DNA of 64,000 nt, taken from assembly GCA_020137815.1 (NCBI GenBank), contig CM035360.1, positions 124,001 through 188,000 on the forward strand, in the 5' to 3' direction. Source of the DNA: Hormiphora californensis. Lineage: Eukaryota > Animalia > Ctenophora. The notes under the pieces are model-generated. The model saw only the letters and a program-made list of their open reading frames with translations. It made no database searches and was not told the origin of the DNA. Positions 41,644 to 53,559 of this stretch are shown piece after piece. Every line of letters starts with the position of its first letter. Position 1 is the stretch's first letter. Position numbers and translations under genes: made by a program.

Positions 41644-44600
41644 GATCAGGAAGGAACAAGTGAAGGAGATGAAGAAGAGGATTTAGAAAATCCAGAATTC
41701 CTATTTTCACGATTATTTAGCAAGGTATGTTTTACCATTATATTTTCTGACTTATAGGTCTCTATCTGTCTTATTGTGTAAAACCTTTATACAGTGTTTT
41801 TCTTTCAGTTATTCCTAACCCCATCTACCGCCATTATATGCATTTCTATTATTATTCAGTATTCTAATTTCTAATACATTCTTCCTTCCATCCTCCTCCC
41901 TCTAATATCCTCCATCCTCAGGTCTGCCACCTCCCAGAATGCCAGCGACTCATCACAATCCTCCAAAACCTGCTCATCATCGACCCGGACAGCAAGCACT
42001 TCGCCGCAGTTTGGGAGTGTTTGGAGAGGGTCAGTGAGAAGGCAGTACTGAACGTGGAGCAGTTGGAAAATGGGAAGTTTCAGATAGGACAATCAGATCG
42101 TGCTGTTAACACAGACACTGCGAGGGTGCAAAACTCACACGCACAAACAGACAAACAAACAGATCAGAAAGCCCCATCACCGAGTAGTAACGATTCAGTG
42201 TTGTGTCACAATGTAAAAACTCTATTTCCGGACAATCTTATCAGTTACCCTCTGGGGTAGTACCACCTCCAGCTCCTCCTGTCCCAGGCGCACCTAGAGC
42301 GCCACCTGCACCTCCGGCTCCCCCCGTACCAGGCGCCCCCAGGGCACCTCCAGCACCCCCTGTGCCTGGCGCCCCTAGAGCGCCACCAGCACCACCTGCG
42401 CCTCCAGTACCAGGCGCTCCTCGAGCTCCACCTGCGCCTCCAGTTCCAGGCGCCCCTAGAGCGCCACCAGCACCCCCGGCGCCTCCAGTACCAGGCGCTC
42501 CTCGAGCTCCACCTGCGCCTCCAGTTCCCGGCGCCCCCAGAGCACCCCCAGCCCCAAGAGCTCCTGGTGCCCCACCAGCGCCTCCTGCACCGGGCGCACC
42601 TAGAGCGCCTCCTGCACCGGGCGCACCCAGAGCTCCCCCGGCTCCCGGGTGCTCCCCGAGCGCCTGCAGCACCAGGTGCCCCTCGTGCGCCTGGGGCGCC
42701 ACCCCCTCCTGGTGCCCCTCGAGCTCCCGGCGCTCCACCCCCTCCGGGCGCCCCTCGTGCACCTGGATTCGGAGGTGGCAAGGTGGCCCTTGTTCCTCAA
42801 GTCCTGGACCGGAAACCGAGCAAAAAGATGAGGCTCTTGGCGTGGGAGAAAATCAAGACAAATGAGCTGAAGAAGGCGTCGGATAAAAATATCTGGGCAG
42901 AATATTGTTCGACTCCTCTTGATATGAAACTCATTGATTTTGATACATTGGAGGAGATGTTCGCTCAGCCTGAGAAAAAGGTAAAGGGTGTTGCTAAAAA
43001 AATAGGACACATTTTTCAATTTATTTACTTAATTAGCAAGCAAAGGACGACATGTTTCTTGATTATCGTACCATTTAGATATGATCTAAATGTGTCTTCT
43101 ATTCTAGGTGGCAGCTAAACCAACAGAACAAAAGAAGAAAGGACCAGTTCTCGTTAGTTTGTTGGATCCAAAAAGCTCTCTCGGCGTCAACTTGGTTACT
43201 AAAGAACTTACGAATGTAAGTTTTTACTATAGGGCACATAGCTTTTTAAATGATTCCACTTCCTATCCGTACTGCGTATTAGCGATGAAAACACAATCAA
43301 GTGGTTCCCTTAACCGGTCGGGCTTCTTCTCACCTGCCAAGTGGTTCTTGGTGTGGAGGAAGTGACCCCTGAGGTGATCTCGCTCAGAGTTTAATCAGGC
43401 ATAGACGACTCGTTACAAAGTGTTTCTTGAAACAATTATTGATCCCCTATTCAGGCCGTTTGCTGACATTGCAACAGCAATTGCTACCTGTGATATGGAC
43501 AAATTAAACAATGATCAGATAAATGGGTTGCTGAAGATCATGCCGGAAAGTACTGATGTTGAGGCAATTCAGAATTACCAGGGTGATCCGGCACTGCTGG
43601 GAGAGGCAGAGAAGTTCTATGCTACCCTTCTTAAAGTGCCCGAGTAAGTTGTTGTTGTTGGAGTGATGCTGGTTAAAAAGGCTGGTGTGAATCTGGGTAT
43701 GCTTGAAATAGAAGTATTATTACTCGATCACTTCAGATCTTATTGACTGATTCCTTACTTTAGTGTGACTCAGTACTGTATCTAACGGTCCCCTCCCCCA
43801 CAGGTATACCCTAAGGTTGAACTGTATGAAGTTCGGTTATGAGTTCAGGCCCATGTCAGAGGATTTGGGGAGGAGAATTAAAGACACACTAGAGGCAGGA
43901 CATGCCATTCTCAACTCGTCAGAGTTAAAGGAGCTCATGCACATACTCCTCGTCTTTGGAAACTTCATTAACACTGGAGGATTCGCAGGAAAAATGTCCG
44001 TTTTGGTAGGCTAACTTTTCTGAACGATTACATTATGGGAGGAGGGGATAGATACCATGGTGTGGCTACTTTCTTAACGGTTACATTATGGGAGGGGATA
44101 TACCATGGTCTACTTTACTCTTGAACGATTCAATTATGGGAGGGGAAGATAACCATGGTGGCTACTTTCTGAACGATTACATTATGGGAGGGATAGATAC
44201 CATGGTGGCTACTTTCTGAACGTTACTGATGGAGGGGATAGATACCATGGTGCTACTTTCTGAACGATTACATTATGGGAGGGGATAGATACCATGGTGT
44301 TACTCTTACTGACTACTTATGCGAGGGATAGATACCATGGTGGCTACTTTCTGAACGATTACATTATGGGAGATAGGATGGATACATGGTGCTACTTTCT
44401 AACATTACATTATCGAGGAGGGGATGATACCAGGTGGCTACTTTCTGAACGATTACATTATGGAGGGGATAGATACCATGGTGGCTCTCTTTCTGAACGT
44501 TACATAATTATGGGGAGGGGATAGATACCATGGTGGCTACTTTCTGAACGATTACATTATGCGATATATACCATGGTGTTTTCGTACTTTCTACTTTTAA

Positions 44601-47600
44601 CATGTACTTGATTACAGAACATCATCTAATGTAGATGACTTATCTCTGTTTACTTCATTTTACATTATGGGGGGATTAGTACCCATGGTGGCTACTTTCT
44701 GAACGTTCCTTATGGGAGGAGGGGTAGATAGCACCATGGTGGCTACTTTCTGAACGATTACATTTATGGGGGATAGATACCTGGTGGCTACTTTTCTGAA
44801 CGATTACATTATGCGAGGAGGGTAGATCCATGGTGGCTACTTTCTCGAACGATTACTTATGAGGGATAGATACCATGGTGGCTACTTTCTAACGATTACA
44901 TTATGCGAGGGGATAGATACCATGGTGGCTACTTTCTGAACGATTACATTTGGGAGGGGATAAAACCATGGTGGCTACTTTCTGAACGGTTACATTATGT
45001 GGGGGGGATAGATACCATGGTGGCTACTTTCTGAACGATTACATTATGCGAGGGGATAGATACCATGGTGGCTACTTTCTGAACGATTACATTATGCGAG
45101 GGGATAGCGACCATGGTGGCTACTTTCTGAACGGTTATACATTATGCGAGGGGATAGATACCATGGTGGCTACTTTCTGAACGGTTACATTATGCGAGGG
45201 GATAGATACCATGGTGGCTACTTTCTGAACGATTACATTATGCGAGGGGATAGATACCATGGTGGCTACTTTCTGAACGATTACATTATGCGAGGGGATA
45301 AACCATTGGCTACTTTCTGAACGGTTATACATTATGCAGAGGGATAGAACCATGGTGGCTACTTTCTGAACGGTTACATTATGCGAGGGGATAGAACCAT
45401 GTGGCTACTTTCTGAACGTTTACATTATGGGAGGGGATAGATACCATGGTGGCTACTTTCTGAATGATTACATTATGCGAGGGGGATAGATACCATGGTG
45501 GCTACTTTCTCTGAACGATTACATTATGCAGGGATAGATACCATCTACTTTCTAACATTACATTTGGGGGGATAGAGACCATGGTGGCTACTTCTTACGT
45601 TACATTATGCGAGGGGATAGATACCATGGTGGCTACTTTCTGAACGATTACATTATGCGAGGGGATAGATACCATTGTGGCTACTTTCTGAACGGTTACA
45701 TTATGCGAGGGGATATACCATGGTGGCTACTTTCTGAACGGTTACATTATGCAGGGATAGATACCATGGTGGCTACTTTCTGAACGATACATTGTGGGGG
45801 GGGGATAGATACCATGGTGGCTACTTTCTGAACGATTACATTATGGGAGGGGATAGATACCATGGTGGCTACTTTCTGAACGATTACATTATGGGAGGGG
45901 ATAGATACCATGGTGGCTACTTTCTGAACAGTTACATTATGCGAGGAGGGGATAGATACCATGGTGGCTACTTTCTGACCGATTACAATTTCCATGATGT
46001 ATGAAAGTTACAGTTTTCATGACATGTTTTGGGTTCGCAGGAAATGCCGTTGGTACGTGATCTCAATTTCATAGCACAGCCACCGCACAGTGACCTCCAA
46101 TCACCATTATAGTTACCTAATCCCCCTCTCCCCCTCTCCACCACACATGTTTCAAGCTAGCTACCACTTGGCACTTCCTAGCCCCCTCTCGCCCACACAG
46201 GTTTTAAGCTAGTTACCACTCCCTAACCCCCTCTCTCCCACACGCAGGTTTCAAGCTAGTTACCTAATCCCCTCTCCCAGGTTTCAAGCTAGCTCTGCTC
46301 TCCCTAGTTACCACTAGTTACCACTAGTTACCACCACCCTAGTTACCACTCCCCTAGTTACCACTCTCCCCCACACAGGTTTCAAGCTAGTTATACCACT
46401 CCCTAACCCCCCCACAGGTTTCAAACTAGCCCTGCTCTCCCTAGTTACCACTAGTTACCACTAGTTACCCTAGTTACCACTCTCTCTCTCCCAGGTTTCA
46501 AGCTAGCTCTGCTCTCCCTAGTTACCACTAGTTACCACTAGTTACCACTAGTTACCCTAGTTACCACCACACTAGTTACCACTCTCTCTCTCCCAGGTTT
46601 CAAGCTAGCCCTGCTCTCCCTAGTTACCACTAGTTACCACTAGTTACCACTAGTTACCTCTCTCTCTCCCAGGTTTCAAGCTAGCCCTGCTCTCCAAGAT
46701 TCACGAGATCAAATCCAACAAACCAAGGATGACAATGATGCACGTGCTGGTGGAGAGCATAGAGAAGAACAGACCTGAGCTGCTCCACTTCTACAAGAAG
46801 TTCAACAAACTTGGCGACGTTGCAAAGTAGGTTTACAAGAAGTTCAACAAACTAGGCGACGTTGCAAAGTAGGTTTACAAGAAGTTCAACAAACTAGGTG
46901 ACGTTGCAAAGTAGGTTTACAAGAAGTTCAACAAACTAGGCGACGTTGCAAAGTAGGTTTACAAGAAGTTCAACAAACTTGGCGACGTTGCAAAGTAGGT
47001 TTACAAGAAGTTCAACAAACTTGGCGACGTTGCAAAGTAGGTTTACAAGAAGTTCAACAAACTGGGCGACGTTGCAAAGTAGGTTTACAAGAAGTTCAAC
47101 AAACTAGGTGACGTTGCAAAGTAGGTTTACAAGAAGTTCAACAAACTTGGCGACGTTGCAAAGTAGGTTTACAAGAAGTTCAACAAACTAGGCGACGTTG
47201 CAAAGTAGGTTTACAAGAAGTTCAACAAACTAGGTGACGTTGCAAAGTAGGTTTACAAGAAGTTCAACAAACTAGGTGACGTTGCAAAGTAGGTTTACAA
47301 GAAGTTCAACAAACTAGGCGACGTTGCAAAGTAGGTTTACAAGAAGTTCAACAAACTTGGCGACGTTGCAAAGTAGGTTTACAAGAAGTTCAACAAACTT
47401 GGCGACGTTGCAAAGTAGGTTTACAAGAAGTTCAACAAACTTGGCGACGTTGCAAAGTAGGTTTACAAGAAGTTCAACAAACTTGGTGACGTTGCAAAGT
47501 AGGTTTACAAGAAGTTCAACAAACTTGGCGACGTTGCAAAGTAGGTTTACAAGAAGTTCAACAAACTTGGTGACGTTGCAAAGTAGGTTTACAAGAAGTT

Positions 47601-50133
47601 CAACAAACTGGGCGACGTTGCAAAGTAGGTTTACAAGAAGTTCAACAAACTTGGTGACGTTGCAAAGTAGGTTTACAAGAAGTTCAACAAACTTGGTGAC
47701 GTTGCAAAGTAGGTTTACAAGAAGTTCAACAAACTAGGCGACGTTGCAAAGTAGGTTTACAAGAAGTTCAACAAACTTGGTGACGTTGCAAAGTAGGTTT
47801 ACAAGAAGTTCAACAAACTTGGCGACGTTGCAAAGTAGGTTTACAAGAAGTTCAACAAACTTGGTGACGTTGCAAAGTAGGTTTACAAGAAGTTCAACAA
47901 ACTAGGTGACGTTGCAAAGTAGGTTTACAAGAAGTTCAACAAACTAGGCGACGTTGCAAAGTAGGTTTACAAGAAGTTCAACAAACTTGGCGACGTTGCA
48001 AAGTAGGTTTACAAGAAGTTCAACAAACTTGGCGACGTTGCAAAGTAGGTTTACAAGAAGTTCAACAAACTAGGTGACGTTGCAAAGTAGGTTTACAAGA
48101 AGTTCAACAAACTTGGCGACGTTGCAAAGTAGGTTTACAAGAAGTTCAACAAACTTGGCGACGTTGCAAAGTAGGTTTACAAGAAGTTCAACAAACTGGG
48201 CGACGTTGCAAAGTAGGTTTACAAGAAGTTCAACAAACTTGGCGACGTTGCAAAGTAGGTTTACAAGAAGTTCAACAAACTTGGTGACGTTGCAAAGTAG
48301 GTTTACAAGAAGTTCAACAAACTTGGCGACGTTGCAAAGTAGGTTTACAAGAAGTTCAACAAACTTGGCGACGTTGCAAAGTAGGTGTCGGTTGTGGATC
48401 CCCAGCCCATTACTCGACCCACTTCCTAGTGTGGACACTAGATAGATCCTAGCTGATTCTAACTTCCTACTTCCCCCAGGATTGATAACGCTGAGAACGA
48501 GAAGGAACTAAACGAGCTCAAGAAGATCATTGAGAAGGTTGAGAAGAGGATGAGTAAACTTGACAAGCAAACGGTGGAAAAGTTTGCAGATGTCTTCAAG
48601 GAGGCCGGCGAGTTTTGTAAGAATGCTAAAAAGGTAAATTCAGTATTGATCTACCGAAACAGATCACAGATCACTTGGTTACGAAGTTACCCCTCCCTTG
48701 CCGGCGCGCGAAGCACGCCAAACGAAGGCCGCGAAGAGTGTGAGGTGTTTTATGAAATAAAATATGTTCGATATTTTCCGGCCCCTACCCTATTCCGTTC
48801 TTACTTCTTGGCTTTGTCTTAGCTGTCTAGCTCCCATGTTCTCACACCACAACAACCTCCCAACACCATTGCAACACCATAGCAACACCATAGCAACACC
48901 ATGGCAACACCATAGCAACACCAAAACAATCTCCCAACAACCTCCCTGCAGGGTATTGATGAGATAAACGGACTGGAAACCCAATACATCAAGTTCTTTG
49001 TTCTTGACAAGAAGAACTATTCTCTCCAGGACTGCTTCAAGGTTATGTCGATCTTCTGCGAGAAGTTTGAGAGTGCAATAACGGTAAGTGAGATGGGGGT
49101 TGGGGCTATAATAGAGGGAGGTGGTGCAATACATACATAGTTCGAGAGTGCAATAACGGACAACGGTAAGTGAGGGAGAGATGGGAGAGAGAGTGCAATA
49201 ACGGTAAGTGAGGGAGAGGTGGGAGAGAGAGTGCAATAACGGTAAGTGAGATGGGGGTTGGGGCTATAATAGAGGGAGGTGGTGCAATACATACATAGTT
49301 CGAGAGTGCAATAACGGACAACGGTAAGTGAGGGAGAGATGGGAGAGAGAGTGCAATAACGGTAAGTGAGGGAGAGGTGGGAGAGAGAGTGCAATAACGG
49401 TAAGTGAGGGAGAGATGGGGGCTATAATAGAGGGAGGTGGTGAAATACATACATAGTTCGAGAGTGCAATAACGGACAACGGTAAGTGAGGGGAGAGGTG
49501 GGAGAGAGAGAGAGTGCAATAACGGTAAGTGAGGGGAGAGATGGGGGTTGGGGCGAGGGAGGTGGTGAAATACATAATAAGAGACGGATTGAAGAGGATA
49601 TTCAGAAACTAAAAGCTATTATTTATGGCACAGGAAAACAAAAAGAGAAAAGAGCAAGAGGAGCGTTTAGCAAAGAGAAAAGCAGAAATGGCCAAGAGGG
49701 CTGAGACGCTGCCACGCATGAAAAAAGGAGGGAACTCTCTACAGAATCAGCCACAAGAGGAGTGTATAGTTGATAACCTACTTTCTGAAATTAGGTACCT
49801 CTTTAGTTTAGATCACAAAATATTTTTATACAAACACAATATTGTTGTCTCACTAAAGACTGCCCTGATCTCCGAACATATAATTGACAATATTTGATTC
49901 GCTTGACACCGTGTGAACAATTCAAGACAATATTAATTTTTTCAATTCTTTCATCATTATCTTCAACACTTATTATTATTATTATCATCATCTATTTTTA
50001 CAGAGGTGGACTGAAACTCAGAAAAGCAAAGAGCTATGCTGGTGACACGAATAGTAAATTAGGTCGGAAAACAAGCATCAAAGCAAATAATCAAGAGTCG
50101 GTTGAGAAATGGAAAAAGACCAAAATAGCCCTG
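41644..50133 (+). CDS. INF2: Inverted formin 2-like protein (DID end/DD, FH1, FH2, WH2/DAD); termini incomplete here
   Basis: Exons 41644-41724, 41922-42980, 43108-43215, 43455-43643, 43804-(43990/46052), 46673-46826, 48480-48633, 48952-49083, 49634-49794 and 50004-50133. Motifs: LFSKVCH..LITILQNLLII..VWECLERV (INF2 DD), KMRLLAWEKI, LLDPKSSLGVNL, FGNFINTGGFAGNAV|GFKL, EECIVDNLLSEIR|GGLKLRK (INF2-type WH2/DAD). A few single-base frameshifts are present, probably sequencing errors. Confidence 0.9.
44010..46030 (+). repeat. 48/51-bp satellite A, block 2 (~40 noisy copies) interrupting an FH2 exon end
   Basis: Same unit as 38524-38990; flanked by two copies of ttcgcaggaaatgccgttggta (noisy ~43982-44009, clean 46034-46055). 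Confidence 0.9.
46140..46695 (+). repeat. Array of ~9 copies of 3' splice site + exon start (cag|GTTTCAAGCTAG) with (tagttaccac)n spacers
   Basis: Copies near 46149, 46200, 46247, 46280, 46378, 46417, 46494, 46596 and 46672; only the last continues as GFKLALLSKI. Confidence 0.85.
46792..48386 (+). repeat. 42-bp satellite C (~38 copies) = amplified FH2 exon end + 5' splice site
   Basis: Unit tacaagaagttcaacaaacttggcgacgttgcaaa|gtaggtt; the first copy is the coding end YKKFNKLGDVAK. Confidence 0.95.
49070..49535 (+). repeat. Array of ~9 copies of exon end + donor (gagagtgcaataacg|gtaagtgag)
   Basis: GTAAGTGAG at ~49084, 49166, 49204, 49242, 49324, 49362, 49400, 49482 and 49525. Confidence 0.9.
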
Positions 50134-50201
50134 GTAAGAGTTAAGTCTTGATGTAACATGTTTTAACATAGTTTAACATGTTTCTCCCTGCTAATTTGTC
50201 A

Positions 50202-50310
50202 CAGGAACCGACCGAATCAGGGAATACTGGTCCCTGATTGGCTGATAACCAGTCACGTGACCTAAATAACGAGCTCTGATTGGTTGTTTACTTGGTTCGG
50301 TCGGTTCCTG
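50202..50310 (+). mobile_element. 109-bp hAT-type MITE, copy 2
   Basis: Same element as 26264; 8-bp TSD atttgtca at 50194-50201 and 50311-50318. Confidence 0.9.
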
Positions 50311-50405
50311 ATTTGTCAGATGTCTCATGCAACTCAGAGCCCCACCATTGACCCAACATGCCTCTTCTTTACCCCCATATCTCGCATATTTTCATTTAAA
50401 ACATG

Positions 50406-51226
50406 GGGGGGGACATGTTAATTGTTAATAAATCACCTCTTTTTTTCGATTTTGTTAATTAACGTTAATTAACAAAATTAACAAAATTAACAAATGCTAA
50501 AAGACTGTTCTTATTGGTTAATAATACGACTTTAACTGGTTTAATTTTATAGTTTAATGAATTATCTAACACATATATACCCAAACAAGGCCTTTTCCGA
50601 TAACCAAAGTCCGACATACAGGTTTATTGGCTCAAAATCGATAAAATTCCAAAAGTTACAAATATTTCAATTTAGCGTATAAAATCTCACTTTAACGTAA
50701 TTTTTAAATTGGTAATCGATTCTTTGGACGTAATAAGATGATGTACAACGTTTCTGTTGAAAAAAGAAATAAAATTTTCCCAAAATCAATTTTTGGTCAA
50801 GGATTGAAAATTTGCTTCGCTACAAATCCTTGTGTTTTTTTAGAAAAATTGATTTTTGGGATATTTTTCGTTTTAAGGTAAATTCATGAGTCTTATTTAG
50901 TTTTTAGGGTGCGAAAATGTGGATTAGTGTCATTTGACTTCAATTGCGGTTTAGTTTGGCTAGTATTTATTAACATTTACAAAATGGAATAAATCGCTGT
51001 AGAAAAGCCGTAATAGAGGTAGTAGGGGTATGTAAATCGTACAGAATGAACAACTTTGCTCGCAGAACAAGTGTTAAATACTAAAAATACGTGCTAAAGG
51101 GGATTTAGATGACATAAATGGCATTTGTTAACGTTTGTTAACTTTTTGTTAATTTGTTAATAAATCACCTGTTTTCTCGATGTTAATATTAACAAAGTTA
51201 ACAAAATTAACATGTCCCCCCCCCCC
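50406..51226. mobile_element. ~820-bp AT-rich MITE with poly-G/poly-C ended TIRs and 8-bp TSD
   Basis: GGGGGGGACATGTTAATT...AATTAACATGTCCCCCCC; aaaacatg at 50398-50405 and 51227-51234; subterminal ttaac/gttaa repeats. Confidence 0.75.
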
Positions 51227-51356
51227 AAAACATGTCATGAAAACTGTAACTTTCATAAATATGGAACATTGTAAAGTCGGTCAGAAAGTAGCCAGCATGG
51301 ATTATCCCTCCTCGCATCATGTAAAGTTCAGAACGTAGCACCATTGACGCTCTCAG

Positions 51357-51878
51357 GAAGCTACCTCTGAATTTACGTGAGCTGAGAGATAGGGAGGAGC
51401 TGGCGGAGTCTGATGAGGAATCTACGTGTGTAAACTGTACGGGGAGAACTGAAGAGGACGCGGTTTTGACCTGGGACTACTGTTCGGTGATATCTATCCA
51501 ATCAATAACGGTGAGGTAGACAAACATACAGAGACCAAGACCAGACCAGATGACTGCCATGGAAATTCAGTTCTGACAGACCCTGCAGTTAGTCAACCCA
51601 TTAACCTTGCCCCGTCTAGAAACTTTGTTCTGTTGCCTGGATCTAGCAGTGGGGATAACTCAGTAAACAGTGATGAGGGCTTGGAGGTCACGTTGGTAGG
51701 AGAGCTGATGACAAATCGTGATAATGGAGACGAAACGTTCACTATGGTTATTCCTAGCAGTGGTACAACTGATAAGGATGATGATGAGCACCTATCTGAT
51801 ACTGAGCCTGTGATTGATGCGGAGAACAGCCCCTATTTTCTGAGGAGGAAACACCCGTTCTATACACACTGTAAATGA
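51357..51878 (+). CDS. Two 3'-terminal acidic exons of uncertain gene
   Basis: Exon ~51357-51515 (phase 2 to 2) joins 51620-51878 in frame. The phase-2 start does not fit the formin phase-0 donor at 50133. Confidence 0.4.
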
Positions 51879-53497
51879 GGTATTTTTGTTGTAACGAAAA
51901 GGACGTTGCTATGGAAATGATGGACAAATTAACAAGACAGTACATTTTTTATATTCTTGCACGATATTGTATGATTAAAATTATGCTCATATTACTTTTG
52001 TGAGGTGAGGTGAGTTGATGTGTGACCGCAGTGAGGTGAGGTGATGTGAAGTGAGACAGCAGTGAGGTGAAGTGAGCATTGTAAGTAAGTGAAGCAAGCC
52101 ATATATCGATTTCTATTCTTTATTTAGCACGCAAGTATGTGTTATGGTACAACACACATTTTCTTATGATGTGAAATAGCATTCAGTTGAATTTCAACTG
52201 TTGAAAAGCCGTGAGTGATGACTAATCTTGAAACTGGAATGTGTCGATCCTAGACAATGATAGTGCGAGATTCGATACCATACGTCGGTGCCACTGTGTG
52301 CAACTTATCAATGTCTGAAAAGTCTGTTCGAGATACTGAAGATACTGAAGCCATGGCCATGTTGCATTGTGACTTTTTGAGTGAGGTTGTGAAGTGATGT
52401 GGACGGAAACAGTGTTTTTTGGTGAGACTATGATATGTTGAGAATGTTTTGTGGTAGACGATAGAGTATTAGAGAGGCCTGTGCACTTCATGAAGTTTCA
52501 TCCATTTCCCCCAGTACTAGTACTTATCCCCACCCATGTTTTTGTTGTCTACTTGTTGTCTCTGTATCTCATACGTTTGTCCGTTTTAAGATGACCCTGC
52601 TTGTATCACGCTCTAAATGTGTTACTGTTTGTAGGTGATGTTCGGATGTCTGTATGTCTGCAGTACGCAATCAGTTTATTTATGTATGTATGTATGTTTT
52701 ATCTTGGGTTCCTTTTTCTTAGCAGTTCTTGCATGGTCTTCTGTCCCCAACTAAGCTTGTTTCTATAGATGAGGGAAGGGATTTGGTGGGAGAGGACTTG
52801 TGTCCGTCTACTTTAGTCCCTCTGTCACCATATTCCAGACGGATTTCCCTTGATGGAACCTGGCATAGTTGTTTTACTTTTTTCTCTCGCAGTTACGTCT
52901 ATATATTTGTCCATTGTCTAGTGTGAGCAGGAGGTGTAGTTGCCCCTAAGAAGGGGCGATTGTGCACTTCCTGTGCTTGTCGAATTGTTGTTTACCTGTT
53001 TGTCTACCTGTAAGTGTACCTGTTTATTTGTCTCTTCGTTTGTCAGTTTATTCCTTTGTGTGGCTGTTAGTTGTCGTCTGTCGGTTTCCTGTCTATATAC
53101 TTATAAGTTTGTCCGTTTATATTTCTCAGTTTGTCTGTTAGTTATCCGGTTTGTTTGCAAGCTAGCATTCTTTATGTACGTATTCACTTTGTCACTATTG
53201 TTTAACATCACTGTTTTATTGTCATTTTAGTTACATAATTGTTGGTCTCTCATATTCATCATTTTGTCTTCGTCTTATCACCCATATTATTATGATTCTC
53301 TCATGACCATTGGAATATTTCCCCCGTCATTGATCAGCTCATCGTTCATTATAATATTGAGTCCCACATATTCATTTGTGCACCCAATCATTTGATAAGC
53401 CCATTTGACTTTAATCAAGACTGCATTAGCCATATTGACCCCGATACTCATCCTTAGAGAGAGGAGAGAGAGAGAGAGAGAGAGTGAGAGAGAGAGG

Positions 53498-53559
<62 letters not shown>

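Noticed and set aside
41644-50133. Formin as pseudogene
   Set aside because: Frameshifts are isolated single-base events, while motifs and splice sites are intact.
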